From Octopus vulgaris (Eukaryota), in contig OX597821.1 in the NCBI GenBank assembly GCA_951406725.2, positions 45,074,001-45,138,000 on the forward strand: a stretch of DNA of 64,000 nucleotides. Direction: 5' to 3'. The first letter of the stretch is position 1, and every line of letters begins with the position of its first letter. Positions 52,270 through 64,000 of this stretch are shown piece after piece. The notes under the pieces are model-generated. The model made no database searches. It was not told the DNA's origin and saw nothing but the letters and a program-made list of their open reading frames with translations. A program made the position numbers and the translations under genes.

Positions 52270-53289
52270 TACTTTCCAAGTATATTTATCTATCTATATA
52301 TACGTATGTGTGTGAATTTAGTTTTGCAAAAAGAAGAAAAAAAAGAAAGAAAATTCAATGCATTATATTTTTTTCAATAAATTTGAATCTGGATATACCA
52401 TTGAAGTTACTCATGGACCTAGAATTTCGTGTGGAAACACTTTAGAAACTGCGGGTTGAAAAGTATTTCGACGCGGAATTGTATGCCAATGGGTAACTCC
52501 TGATTATTAGCAGTTCCAAAATAATGCATACACAGACTCACACATGCATACAAATATACATAAATTAAACATAAATTAAATTGCTTAGTCATAAACTGCT
52601 GTATATTTCAGTCTCATAATATTTTCAAATAATGCAAAATTAAGGGTTTAGTTGTTAAAAAATAAAGGAATGGATTTTTTTTAGTTTTCGTTTCGGAATG
52701 AAGTTTTTAACGACAAGATCCGAATTTCAAGATATTACAATTAGAAATATGAGAAGAGAATTAGTAGGTTCCTTATAGGGTGTTTCAAATTCCAGCGGCT
52801 TTTTGAGAGGAATGAAGGTGATGGTAGAAAGAAGCCAAATGCTGGAGACACACAACATAAAGATGCAGTAGATGGCGGGGACTTCGAAAAGAAGAAAGCA
52901 ATAAATGCATGTAATGTGTTTAGGTCAAATCTAACTAAAACATTAGTAAATTGGAAAAAAAATTGAATATATTTTATGTACATATATGCATATATATGTG
53001 TGTGCATGTGTATTATTTTAGAGCTGCAAATTCGCAGGGTTTCTCATAGACATACGGTTTCATGTCGGAATACGTTTCAAAGCGTTAAAAGGTAATTTCA
53101 TTGTTTTGGCAGGTTTGTAGAATTTTAAAATTAAAATTAGAATAAAGATTATGAGTTTCGGTTTTTGAAAATTGATTTGTTTTATGTGTATTGTGTGTGA
53201 CATGTGGCGTGATGTTGTTTGCAGCATTGTGTTGTGTTGTGTGTTGCAGTGTTGCACAAAACACCACAACACCACACAACGCAACACAA

Positions 53290-54230
53290 AAAATTCACTA
53301 AACGCCAGAACGTAAGCGAGCAAGACAAACGGAAAGATACAAAATAAAATGATTAATCACAAACCCGGTTTCATTGTTACCACTTACGTAATGCTTATGT
53401 AAATGTCCGCAATTCATCAGTGTGATCGTCATTGCAAAATATAAATTGAAGAACTATACACGAGACGTCCGCATGAGATTGAACATGCATATAGTTCTAC
53501 CAATTACATTTGGGATTTATTTCAAAAATCTTCGTTTTGGCGCGCCAAAATGTGGGAAAAGATTCTGCAGAAAATAATTCTCTGCGGAGAATTTTGCCGG
53601 TTTGAGAACATGGTTATTTAAATTTAAATAATAAGGGTGAGAAATTGAATATTAATTTGATTAATATCAATTTAAAGCCAGTGACCTAGCAGACTGAAAA
53701 ATCTGAAGATTCAGAAAAATTATATTACATACATATAAGGGGGATGACCACAAAGTGGACGTCCATTATACTAGAGTTAGACCCCATATGGTCTGACCAC
53801 TAAGAAAAGATTGTTCTCAAGAATATTCAGCAAACGCCAGAACGTAAGCGAGCAAGGCAAATGAATATAAAGATTAATCACAAACCCGGTTTCATTGTTA
53901 CTACTTACGTAAATGTCCGCAATTAATCTTTAATTAATCTTTATATTTTGTATCTTTATATGTTTTATCTTTATATTCATTTGTCTTGTTCGCTTACGTT
54001 CTGGTGTTTGCTGAATTTTCTTGAGAACAATCTTTGGTGTTCTGGTGTTCTTGAGAACAATCTTTTCTTAATGGTCAGACCATATTGGGTCTACTTCTAG
54101 CATAATGGATGTCTACTTAGTGGTCATCCCTCTTATATGTATGTAATATAATTTTTCTAAATCTTCAGATTTTTCAATATGCTAGGCCACTGGTTTTAAA
54201 TTGATATTAAATTAATATTCAATTTTTCAC

Positions 54231-54235
<5 letters not shown>
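53290..54235. mobile_element. Retrozyme-like element, family 3: ~1.2 tandem monomers (period 532) on the minus strand plus an inverted arm ~53926-54235
   Basis: AAACGCCAGAACGTAAGCGAGCAAG at 53300 and 53832. Shares ATATGCTAGGCCACTGGTTTTAA, GCGCGCCAAA and TTTCTTGAGAACA with 32746-33540. Ends in (TA)n. Confidence 0.85.
53356..53426 (-). ncRNA. Type I hammerhead ribozyme, canonical core
   Basis: Minus strand AUCACA, CUGAUGA (53420-53414), AUUG...CAAU, GAAA, CCGG, GUU, UGUGAU. Perfect 6-bp stem I. The second tandem copy (~53877-53924) is truncated at the core. Confidence 0.85.
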
Positions 54236-54322
<87 letters not shown>

Positions 54323-54380
54323 GCGTGTGTGTGTGTGTGAGTGTGTGCGTCCGTGTATGTGTCTGAATTTATATATATGA

Positions 54381-54881
54381 CTAGCAGTATCGCCCGGCGT
54401 TGCTCGGGTTTGTAAGGGAAATAACTATATAAGCATTTTTAGAGAGTTACTTCCCTTATAGATGCCAATTCGGGCTTTCTTAGCCATTTCTGTTTTGGTG
54501 TCTTCAAGCCATGAAGTCGTTGTTCTAAAAGAACGCTGGTCTCCTCGACAACGCATTACGACGTTGATTTCTTTACACTCCCTTCCCCACAGCTTCACGA
54601 GGGAGGGAAGGGGGAGAAGCAAACAGGTGCAGCTGTGAGCGTGGACGCCAACGTCGACACACGAAAAATTATGCATTAAAATGGAATAAAAAATGATGTT
54701 AAATTATTTTTAAAATCGTAGACTCATCGTAGACGCGCGCTAATACTCAGATGGGCTCGATATGAATCACGACTATAAGATACCCGAATTTGGTTAAACT
54801 GCACCGCAAAATGTGGGAGTAGTTAGGAATCTAAATCGAAGGGGACAGACACTCACACAACTACAGTTTTATATATATGAT
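54381..54881 (+). mobile_element. Helentron-associated (HINE/DINE-like) non-autonomous element
   Basis: Same 5' and 3' blocks as 44408-44803 with a different central insert. Confidence 0.65.
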
Positions 54882-54889
54882 ATCATTCC

Positions 54890-55520
54890 AGCATGGGTTT
54901 TCTTTCCCCTAAAACCATAACAGATTACCACAATGTATCTACTTTAATTAATATAGGTTACCCACAGATCACATCCTTTGAACATCTACATTGTGAAACT
55001 AGAACACTTGTATTGAAAGAACCTCTGAATTAGTTTGTTGGCAAAACAAGCTACTACCCACGATTCCCAACCACTACACGCATCATCATCCATCAAATAC
55101 CTAGTGATATCTACAATACCGTAATACCTGACTATAATATCTGCCTAAGTATGTTATCCCTTCCACTCAGGCCAGATAAATATACACCAAATAACCGCAG
55201 ATTCAATAACCAATAACCAATTCTCAGTAACATACTTCATCTGAGGTAATTATAGCTGAAACCCCGACCAGGTCTAGTTTGATTGTCTCTGATCTGACCA
55301 TCACGTTATAATTATATTCATTCAAGAATACTGGATGAGTGCAGTGCATAGGCTGGTACACGGCATCGATCTATATAAACCACTGCATGTTAGGATGTGT
55401 AAGCCAAGGTAGTTTTGGATATCTGGATCTGTCGATCGGATCAAGATGTCTTATCGATATCTTATCGATTATTTGTTCCAGATCTGTTTGATCAGAGATG
55501 ATTTGGGACTACACAACAAC
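54890..55520 (+). mobile_element. Decayed LINE 3' fragment
   Basis: ITSFEHLHCETRTLVLKEPL resembles a post-RT LINE region. Ends ACAACAAC. Confidence 0.45.
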
Positions 55521-55829
55521 TTCTCTTTACCTCCCGGTAGTCTCTTGATTTTTAAAAGTCTGAAACTTTTTGTTTCATATATTTTTTAATGACAAACTCT
55601 ATTTGATATCAATGACGACCCCTCCACTACCAGTAACAATCGACAACAACAATAAGAACAACATAAACTTAAGTGATATCACGTTTACAAAAAACATGGA
55701 AAAAATGTTTGTTCAAGAGGTTTTATTTGAGAGAATAAAATATCTTTCGGCAAAACACGTGGTTTTCTTTGATGTTTATTTCAGTTCGGTTCCTTTTTTT
55801 CTGACTCAGTCTGTGCTACATATTTTATC

Positions 55830-55877
55830 AACATACATACATACATGCATACATACATACGTACATACATGCATGCT

Positions 55878-55953
<76 letters not shown>

Positions 55954-56074
55954 CATGTATGCATACATAATGCATGGATACATACATGCATACATACATA
56001 TATACATGCATGTATACATACATATAGATATATGCGTGCATACATATGTATATGTCTACAAATATACATACGTG

Positions 56075-56131
<57 letters not shown>

Positions 56132-56219
56132 GTTCGCGCACACACATGCACATACACACACTTCCCCACACCCACACGTACATACATACACACTCATACA
56201 CATACACACACACACACAC

Positions 56220-56251
<32 letters not shown>

Positions 56252-56400
56252 GGACATACATCTATGCACACACATATATACACACATACTCACATACATT
56301 CATCGGACACACTGCCACCCAGACATACACACAGACACACTCACACATCCACACACACACATACGTACGCGCACACTCGCAGGCGCGCGCACACACGCGC
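55830..56400 (+). repeat. Compound (ATAC)n/(CTAT)n/(CA)n microsatellite block
   Basis: Directly visible. Explains the 402-aa ORF. Confidence 0.95.
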
Positions 56401-57054
56401 TTGCGCCGGTTCGCGCACGCATGCGCGCCGCATGCACCTCGCCCTTGGACCCGACGAGACCTCCCGCCCGTTCCTGGGATGTCGCTTGTCGTTGGGTTTT
56501 CCCACGCCCGTCTCCGCGGGACCACTCTTCCATCTTCCCCTCCGCTGGAGTCCTTTTCCTTAACCCCCCTTTTTTTCGTTACACACACGCGCACACATAC
56601 ACACACATTGCTTAAACATATACATTACTCTTACACACATTCAATCTACTCGCCATTAATACTACCACGACACTGGACACACACACACACTACTACTCAA
56701 CACACGCTGGCACGCTACATACGCCCCCACCCCTTCCCCATCCCTCCCTTCCTCCTTCCTCCCTTTTCTTACTACTGACCTTTGTCTGCTATGCTGCTGC
56801 TATGCTGACCACCGTCTCGCCCTACCTCACACGCCTACACACAGACGCACACACTAACACATACATATATTTTTTGTTTTTTTATCTCGCCTCACACACA
56901 CACATACACACACGCACACGCACACACTCACACATACACACACATCTGTTGCGTTACCAACCTTGTCTCCACTCTTTTGCCTTTAAAAACCCACTTTGCT
57001 CTTGTTATCGTAAACATCCGCCTTTCACCATGTGTAACTCCTAACACCAGTCGT

Positions 57055-57241
57055 TTTTTTCTCTATCTCCGTTGCCCGCTCCGGGATCTTTCTTTCCTCT
57101 CTCTTCCTTCTTTATGTTTCCGACGAAGAGCTCCGCTCGAAACGTCATACCTCCCTGCTTCCATTTCCTGAGCGCCTATTAATAATAATACTGTAATTGT
57201 TCCATTGTTGTTGTTTTTTTGTTTCCCGTTTGGATTAAAAC
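57055..57241 (+). mobile_element. Penelope-like pLTR 3' end, family 7, abutting (TA)n
   Basis: Homologous copy in opposite orientation at ~60172-60345. Contains a minimal hammerhead. Confidence 0.75.
57116..57150 (+). ncRNA. Minimal hammerhead ribozyme, CCGACGA (U4C) core with an extra A
   Basis: GUUU, CCGACGA, A, GAGC-UCC-GCUC, GAAA (57139-57142), CG, UC, AUAC. Confidence 0.65.
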
Positions 57242-57790
57242 TATATATATATATATATATATACATACATACATACATGCCTGCATACATGTACCAGGTA
57301 TGCATGTATCATTCATATACCAAACATGAGTGCATATATACATACGTGCATGCAAATATGTCTGTGTGTGTAGATCTATCGTAGATCTGTTAGCATCATT
57401 TGTGATATCTATGAGATACGGAGATATGTTGTTAGACAGGATTGCATTTGAGACAGTTGGAAAATAATGAGGGAAAGTGAGAGACGAGTGGAGAGAGAGA
57501 GAGAGAGGAAGAAAGAGAGGGAGAGAAAGAGAGTGGGAGAATATAAGAAAGAGCGTGGAGAAGCAGAGAAGAGATAAAGAAGGGAATAACGATGAAGCTG
57601 ATGTGGAGAAAATGCGAAGAAATAAGAAAAAGAGAGCGAAAGGACGAAACAAAAGAAAATAATGAATAAATGATAGATTGATTGATAGATAAATAGATAG
57701 ATAGATGGATAGATAGGTAGCTAGCTAGATAGATATGTAGATAGAAAGATGGATGGATAGAGAGATGAATAGACAGATAAATAGACAATG

Positions 57791-57889
<99 letters not shown>

Positions 57890-57937
57890 CATATATATAT
57901 GTACACATACACACACTCATACACACACACACACACA

Positions 57938-57988
<51 letters not shown>

Positions 57989-58554
57989 TCGGAGACACAA
58001 CAACTGAGTATAATTGAAAGAACTAGATGAAGTGAATGAAAGTGGGGAAGTGAAGTACCTGTGAAACTAAAGAAAAACTATGAGATAAAGAGAGAAAGAG
58101 ATAGACAGAGAGCGAGATAGATAGATATTTCCAGAGAGAGAGAGAGAGAGAGAGAGAAGCAGGGAGAGAGAGACGGAGAGAGAGATACGGAGACAGAGAG
58201 AAAGAGAGAAGACAAATAAAAAGAATCTTCTCTTTCTATCTATCGTCCTTCTTAATATTATCTTTATGTTGTCGACATTCTGCTAAAAATAGATTTCTAC
58301 TTGACTCGATAGAAATCAATTTTAGTTGTCTCATCTTGCCGCTCGTCTGTCTTGAAACTAGCTTTAAACAGTTTTTTGATTTGCTTATTTGCCAGTCTCT
58401 CAAACACAGGAACAATCTAAAGTTTCTCTAGAAAACAATGCAAGTCCATTAGCTTTTGTTTCTAAGTCGTTCCATTAGTCACAGCGAGTTAAACATTTAA
58501 CAGTTCTTTTCAATATTAATTCTTTTCCTTTTCTATTTCCATTGGCCATCTTTA

Positions 58555-59750
58555 TTGCTGTTGTTGTTGTTGTTGTTAGGTACTTTGAGGTCAGTCCTGA
58601 CTGAGTATTCATATAGCACAATGCACTACACACACCAACCCATCTTTCTATATATATATCGAGTCTTTGTTTAGTTGATAACCATACTGTATATTTCGAT
58701 ATACAGTAATGAACTATATGGGATGCAGTGTGACAGTCTGGACATCATGCTTTCTATGTATTGTACAGCATGTCCCTTAATGTCCACAGTAGGTGTGGCT
58801 TATGCGGCCCTAACAAGAGTATGATTGATACTGTTCCTTTATACTTAAAGTCAGTGATGTACATCCCAGCACAGTGTTTGGGACCAAGGAAGCTATTTCT
58901 CCGTGGGTGTGCGTATCTGGTCCTTATTCCTGTCCAGGTTTAATAACAGATAGTATTTTTAGGATGTTGTTGGGGGTATTGCAAGTGCTTAATATCTAAT
59001 GGTGATATATTATGTAATGAAAGAGACTGCATAGCCTAAAGCTTGCTGTGACAACAAACTGTACTCGTCTCTTGTGCAGTTTCATATTTTGGTTTCGCTC
59101 TGGTCAATAGTTGCGGTCCATATACAAACTGGTATGATGCTGCCATTGTTCACGAGGGTTCTAATGTAGTAGTTATACAACATTGCTGTTGTTTCTTTGT
59201 GCATAGCTTTTCTCTCTTTACTATACCTTCTATGTGTGTTGTGAATGTTGTGGAATAGCTGTATGTTAGTCCTACATCGTCTTTTCACTCTTCCCACGCT
59301 CTCTGAGATCTGTCTATGTTTTTGCATTATAAAGTTAGTTGTATTGATGTTCTCCAGTATTTCTGGTAAGAAGAAAGTCAGAAGATTTGGTTGGCGTTAA
59401 TTTAAGCCTTATTTTGTAACCAATATTTTTTCGTGAGTAAAAAGGAGTAAAAGGACAGATCCCTGTGGCACTCCATTTGGGAAGTGTTCTTGTACATACC
59501 GTAAGCGGCCTGACATATTGTTTCCAAGCCCAAATTTTGTGTTGTATCTTATGGTGGTTTGGAGCATTTTATGCATGAGAGGATAGCAAGAATGGGACGG
59601 GAAACTTTGTCGATACCGAAGCAAACATCACCACTGAGTACTTCTTTGTTATTAGCCTTCATCAGCTGATATATAAACTTCGCTAATGCTTGCTGGTATG
59701 ACGATACTATATGGAAATTTTTTATAAAATATATGGAACAGAACAACAGA
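58555..59750 (-). mobile_element. Decayed APE-type LINE (RT remnant to 3' end with (AAC)n tail)
   Basis: Minus-strand SGRLRYVQEHFPNGVPQGSVL, CPDCH knuckle and (AAC)n tail. Confidence 0.65.
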
Positions 59751-60171
59751 AGAGAAGCAGACTAGACTTATTTTGATAAAATACAGCGGGTGAATTACAA
59801 CATTAGCTGTTGTGATATTGATTCTATTGCAATGCTGAATTTTCTTTTAATTAGATACAATGGGGTGGGTGATGAATAAATATATGATTGGTATTTATTT
59901 TGTCGACTCTAAAGAGTAGGATGGCAAAGACGTTAACATTTGAATTCAGAAAGCAGTATACAGACTTCGCAGACCGTTACTCAGAGTTCTAATAATGCTC
60001 GAAATACTCAAAGCTGTTTTGCAAAGTCTTTTCTGCTTCAATAAAATATTATTTTACTCTGTCTTTGGCATTCGAGCAGTATTTTCTCCACTTTGTTTGT
60101 TTTGCATCTCGTATGTGGTCATATGTTGTGTGTGTATGTGAATGTGTATGTGAATGTATATATATGTATAA

Positions 60172-60345
60172 GGTTAATCCAAACGGGAAAACAGAAAAAA
60201 CAACAACACGTGAAACAATTACAGTATTAATATTATTAGGCGCTCAGGAAAATGGAAGAAGGAGAGTATGACGTTTCGAGCGGAGCTCTTCGTCGGAAAC
60301 ATAGGAGAAAGAAAGATCCCGAGACGGGAGGACAGAGGAAAAAAA
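60172..60345 (-). mobile_element. Penelope-like pLTR 3' end, family 7
   Basis: Reverse complement homologous to 57055-57241. Confidence 0.75.
60266..60300 (-). ncRNA. Minimal hammerhead ribozyme identical to 57116-57150
   Basis: Reverse complement GTTTCCGACGAAGAGCTCCGCTCGAAACGTCATAC. Confidence 0.65.
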
Positions 60346-60573
60346 ATTGCAGGTAGTCTTCACGAGGTCACATACTGAAAAGACGGAAGTTGTAAAAAAG
60401 GAGGAAAATGTTTTTTAAAAACAGGAGAGCTGAATCAAAGAGGGAATGGTAAAAAAGGTGTGCGAGAAAACGAGGGTGTGTGTATGTGTGTGTGCGTGTG
60501 TGTGTATGTGTGTGTATGGTGGACAGTGGCTAGTAGCAGGCAGTAGTAGAGTTAAAGGAGTGTGTGGGGGTAC

Positions 60574-60621
<48 letters not shown>

Positions 60622-61537
60622 ACGTATGTGTACGTATGTATGCGTGTCTGTCAGTGTGTGTATGTACACACACGCACACATACATGCATACATACACTAT
60701 TAGAACTAAAGGCTCACACGCACACACTCAAGCAGTGTGTGTATCTTTGTGCCTATTTATGTGAATATGTATGTGCGTTAGAGAGCAAAAGAAAGATAGA
60801 ACGGAAATGTGTGTTTATATATTTTACAAAAATAAAACTAATTTTTTCCTTACGAAAGTACTAACACTCCACTAAATCATCCCTGTTCTTTTTATATTCA
60901 AGAAAATATGTCATTCTGTGATAGAAGACAGTGTAGAAGACAGAGGCGGAGTAAAGCTCCACAATAACGTTTACACATACATACATACATACATACATAC
61001 ATACATACATACATACATACTTACATAATACATACATATATACATACATGCATGCACATATATTGATAAATATACACAGACATATACAAATACATTATCA
61101 TAACCGAAAAAATAAACATTATAAAAAGGACACTTTGCGGCAATGAATATTGATTTCTGTGGAGGTGGTAATCAATGTAGAATACTCTGTGACACAGTTT
61201 GTATTCCCAAATGTTATCATTTATTTACGATACCGATGTCTATGAGAATGGCATCGATGCCATTTTGTGCTATTGTGTTTCTGTAATAAATATTTATTTA
61301 TAACTTTGGTACAAGGTCAAACACTTTGCAAGAAAGATGTAGTCAATTAAATCGACCCCTATCCTGAATTGGTATGTTCTTTTATTGAGACACCTGAAGT
61401 ATGAAAGGTAACATCGACAGCAGAGAGATTTGACCTCATTTATTGGATCGCAATTAAATATATTTTTTTCAAGTACTCAACCGATTCGGCCAATCTGCTT
61501 AGAGATTTGTATGCTTTACAAAATTTTGGGCTTCATT

Positions 61538-61622
61538 CAAGGGCCCGGGAACAGGGGGTGCAGCGGGTGCACCTGCACCCCTTGGAATTTTCAGGTGGTG
61601 CAAGATCAAAATTTGCACCCCT
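61538..61622. mobile_element. hAT-like element terminus with GGTGCA/TGCACC subterminal repeats
   Basis: CAAGGGCCCGGGAACAGGGGGTGCAGCGGGTGCACCTGCACCCC...GGTGCA...TGCACCCC. Confidence 0.5.
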
Positions 61623-62712
61623 ACATAACTTTACCAGTTTCAGAAAATAGTGTCTAAAAAATTATCTGTATAAGATGCTTGAAGCTAGATTTCGTTTTAA
61701 AGAAACAAAGAACAAAATAAATAAATAAAAGTGATGAAGCTGGGCTTAAAATTCCCAAGGAAATTTATGACTAACCAACTTCTGAAGCAAAGTAGCGTCA
61801 AAATAAAAAAGTATGTGACATCAACAACAGTAGCAGAAAACAACAAGAACTACAATATGACCAGCATCTACGGCTACTCTTCAATACATAGCATTACTTG
61901 GATTCTTGAAGACAGTTCTATTCTGACAAAAATAACTCCAAAATCTTGCAATGCTGAAAATGTGTGAAGGTTCTTGTCCTCTCTCAGTCTGTCACCTCTC
62001 TCAAGTTCTTTGAAGTTGATGTTGCTAAAGACTGACGACATGGTTGAATAGATTCTACTGTTTGACCTCAGCCTAAAAATAAAAGCCCTCTAAAAATTCT
62101 TTCAGTCATATCGGTTTTCTCATTAAGGTTGTTAGGTCTAAAGTTTGACAAAGGAACAAAATGATTTATTTTTATCTTTGATATTTAATGTTCATTGTTA
62201 AATGCTTTGATACTTATTGCTCATTCGAAATACTAGTCCAATTAAAAAAAAAAAAGATTTTGAAAGGAAACATTTAACTATAAATGATTGCAGACCAACC
62301 CCGAAATGACCTAATTTGCAATTTCAGACTAATTAAATAAAAAAGAAATGATATTAAAAGCATTACCTACCGTCATCCTGACACGGTTAACCACGAAGAT
62401 CACTTCAGAGGTGCTTTTTTTTACTCACAAGTCTAACCCTAGCTGAGGCCAGCACACAGGCTAACATGCTTTTAACAGGGGTCTTTAATTTTACTAATCT
62501 TAGCTGGTCCGAGGATTATATCCAGTCTGGAACCAAGCAACTGATGTGGAGGGATATGAACCCTTTCCTCGATACAACAAAAGACTTTCCCATACAACAA
62601 ATTATTACCTGTCCAATTAGGGGAAAATAGCATACTTGACTTTGTTTTTATTCACAATGTTCATGTCATTCCCACAGCTATTTCCAACCAAAGCATTTTT
62701 TCTTTTTAGTTG

Positions 62713-62755
62713 TAGTGCACCTGAGCACTGTATACAACAATTTCCTTCATCATTA
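62713..62755 (+). mobile_element. Extreme 3' tip of the CR1-type LINE
   Basis: GTGCACCTGAGCACTGTATACAA matches 15194-15214. Confidence 0.7.
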
Positions 62756-63149
62756 TATATGTGTGTTTGTTGACTTTCTGTGCAGTATTTTAGGTCTGTT
62801 AGTCAATGTAATGTCACACACTCACTTCTGTTCCCACTCAGTGGTACCCTACGCAGTGTTCAATATTTGGTGCAAGACTGTCTCTCTTTTCTATCTATTT
62901 CTCTATCCTTCTCCTCTCCCCTCTATCTACCTCTCTACCTATCTGCTGCTTTTCTCTCTTTACTACCTTCCATCTCTTCCTCTGTCCATCTCTGTCAACT
63001 ACTTACTGTCTATCTTTATTCCCTTATTTCTCCACACTCTCTCTTTCTTCCTACTTGCTCTTCCCTACTCTCTTTCTTCACTTTTTTGGTACCAAAAGAC
63101 AATCCAATTTTTTGTCACTCATCGTTTTTCTACTTGACCAGTGCATAGG

Positions 63150-63345
63150 TAAGACATCAGCGTTTAATGTCCATTTCCATGCTAGAATAGGTTGAATGGT
63201 TCGACTGGGGCCTGGGAAGCCAGGAGGCTGCACCAGGCTCCAGTCTAATCTGGCAGTGTTTCTACAGCTGGATGCCTTTCTTAACGCCAACCACTCTGAT
63301 ATTGTAGTGGGTGCTGTTTTTACGTGCCACTGGCACAGGGGCCAA
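63150..63345 (-). mobile_element. SINE (family D)
   Basis: Homologous to 16620-16820. Confidence 0.8.
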
Positions 63346-63654
63346 TTTCCTGCTTAGTACTCATTTCAGACCCCCAATTTATCTTTTAACTTTTCATTCT
63401 TTTCTTTCCTTCTAACTTCCTTCCCTCTACCCCATCTCTCTATCCTTCTCCTGAGCCTCCTCATTGTACCTTTGGAACACAAGCACCACTATTTTCTTCC
63501 CTTTTTTGTTAGTTTTTGTCCCACATTTTGAAATACTTGCAATTTGTATTTTTACTGCTTATTTTAGCTCTGCTTGATACATTTCCAAAATTAAACATTT
63601 TAATATGCAAAATATACTTCACATTATTATATATACTATGCATTAATGCAAAAA

Positions 63655-64000
63655 ATATTGTGTTTATTGGCTATCTTCAAAATGATCACACCATCAATGG
63701 GAAATTTCAATACCAACTTCCGAAGGCAGTTATGAAAGGCTATCAAGACCAAACACCCAGAAAAACTGATAAATGGGGTCTTGTTTCATTAGGACAATGC
63801 TTCAGCACATAAGTCCTTGGTTTCAATGGCTGCTGTATGTGACTGGCTTTGAAATGGTTGATCATGCTCCCTATGTTAGTGATTTGGTTCCTTCTGGTTA
63901 TCATCTGTTTCCCAACATAGAAAAACACTCAGCTGAGCACCAATTTCACTATGATGAGAACATCTTATCTGTTGTTGATGACTATTTTGATCAACAGAAA
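63655..64000 (+). pseudogene. Mariner transposase fragment
   Basis: FIGYLQNDHTING, DNASAHKSLVSMAAV, DLVPSGYHLFPN. Homologous to 25400-25740. Confidence 0.8.

Noticed and set aside
53215-53292. GTGTT/AACAC imperfect hairpin
   Set aside because: Complementary low-complexity repeats with no evidence of function.
55570-56778. Longest ORF (402 aa, His/Thr/Tyr-rich)
   Set aside because: Open only because it runs through (ATAC)n, (CTAT)n and (CA)n arrays. No domain-like sequence.
57055-60345. The two family 7 copies as TIRs of one 3.3-kb DNA transposon
   Set aside because: The copies are diverged, their (TA)n ends face inward, the interior is unrelated LINE and microsatellite sequence, and no TSD is seen. 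Independent insertions are simpler.
62535-62590. CTGATGT-GGAGGG...CCCTTTCCTC-GATAC, a hammerhead-like remnant
   Set aside because: Both core strands are altered and there is no stem I or III. Possibly a dead copy, but unsupported.

Overview
AT-rich, microsatellite-saturated eukaryotic DNA. The SINE repertoire and repeat style suggest a coleoid cephalopod, probably Octopus (inference). The first ~7 kb hold the 3' end of a + strand host gene I cannot identify: a terminal exon at 4380-4568, candidate micro-exons, and an intronic TTAA-flanked piggyBac-type element. The rest is mostly decayed transposons: tRNA-derived SINEs, CR1, R4/Dong-like and other LINE fragments, hAT, Tc1/mariner, Helentron-like non-autonomous elements and Penelope-like element (PLE) RT/GIY-YIG remnants. 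Most ORFs in the track are microsatellite artefacts. The standout signal is about a dozen short, largely non-coding elements, mostly fold-back (inverted-repeat) and mostly abutting (TA)n tracts, most carrying a type I hammerhead ribozyme with a short, usually palindromic stem III. They include canonical CUGAUGA cores and cores with compensatory swaps of the 3-8 pair: U3-A8 at three loci and G3-C8 at one. Two loci share a ~535-nt tandem or circularly permuted monomer that looks like a retrozyme (circRNA-type) unit. All folds were read by eye and none has been tested. Repeat boundaries are approximate.
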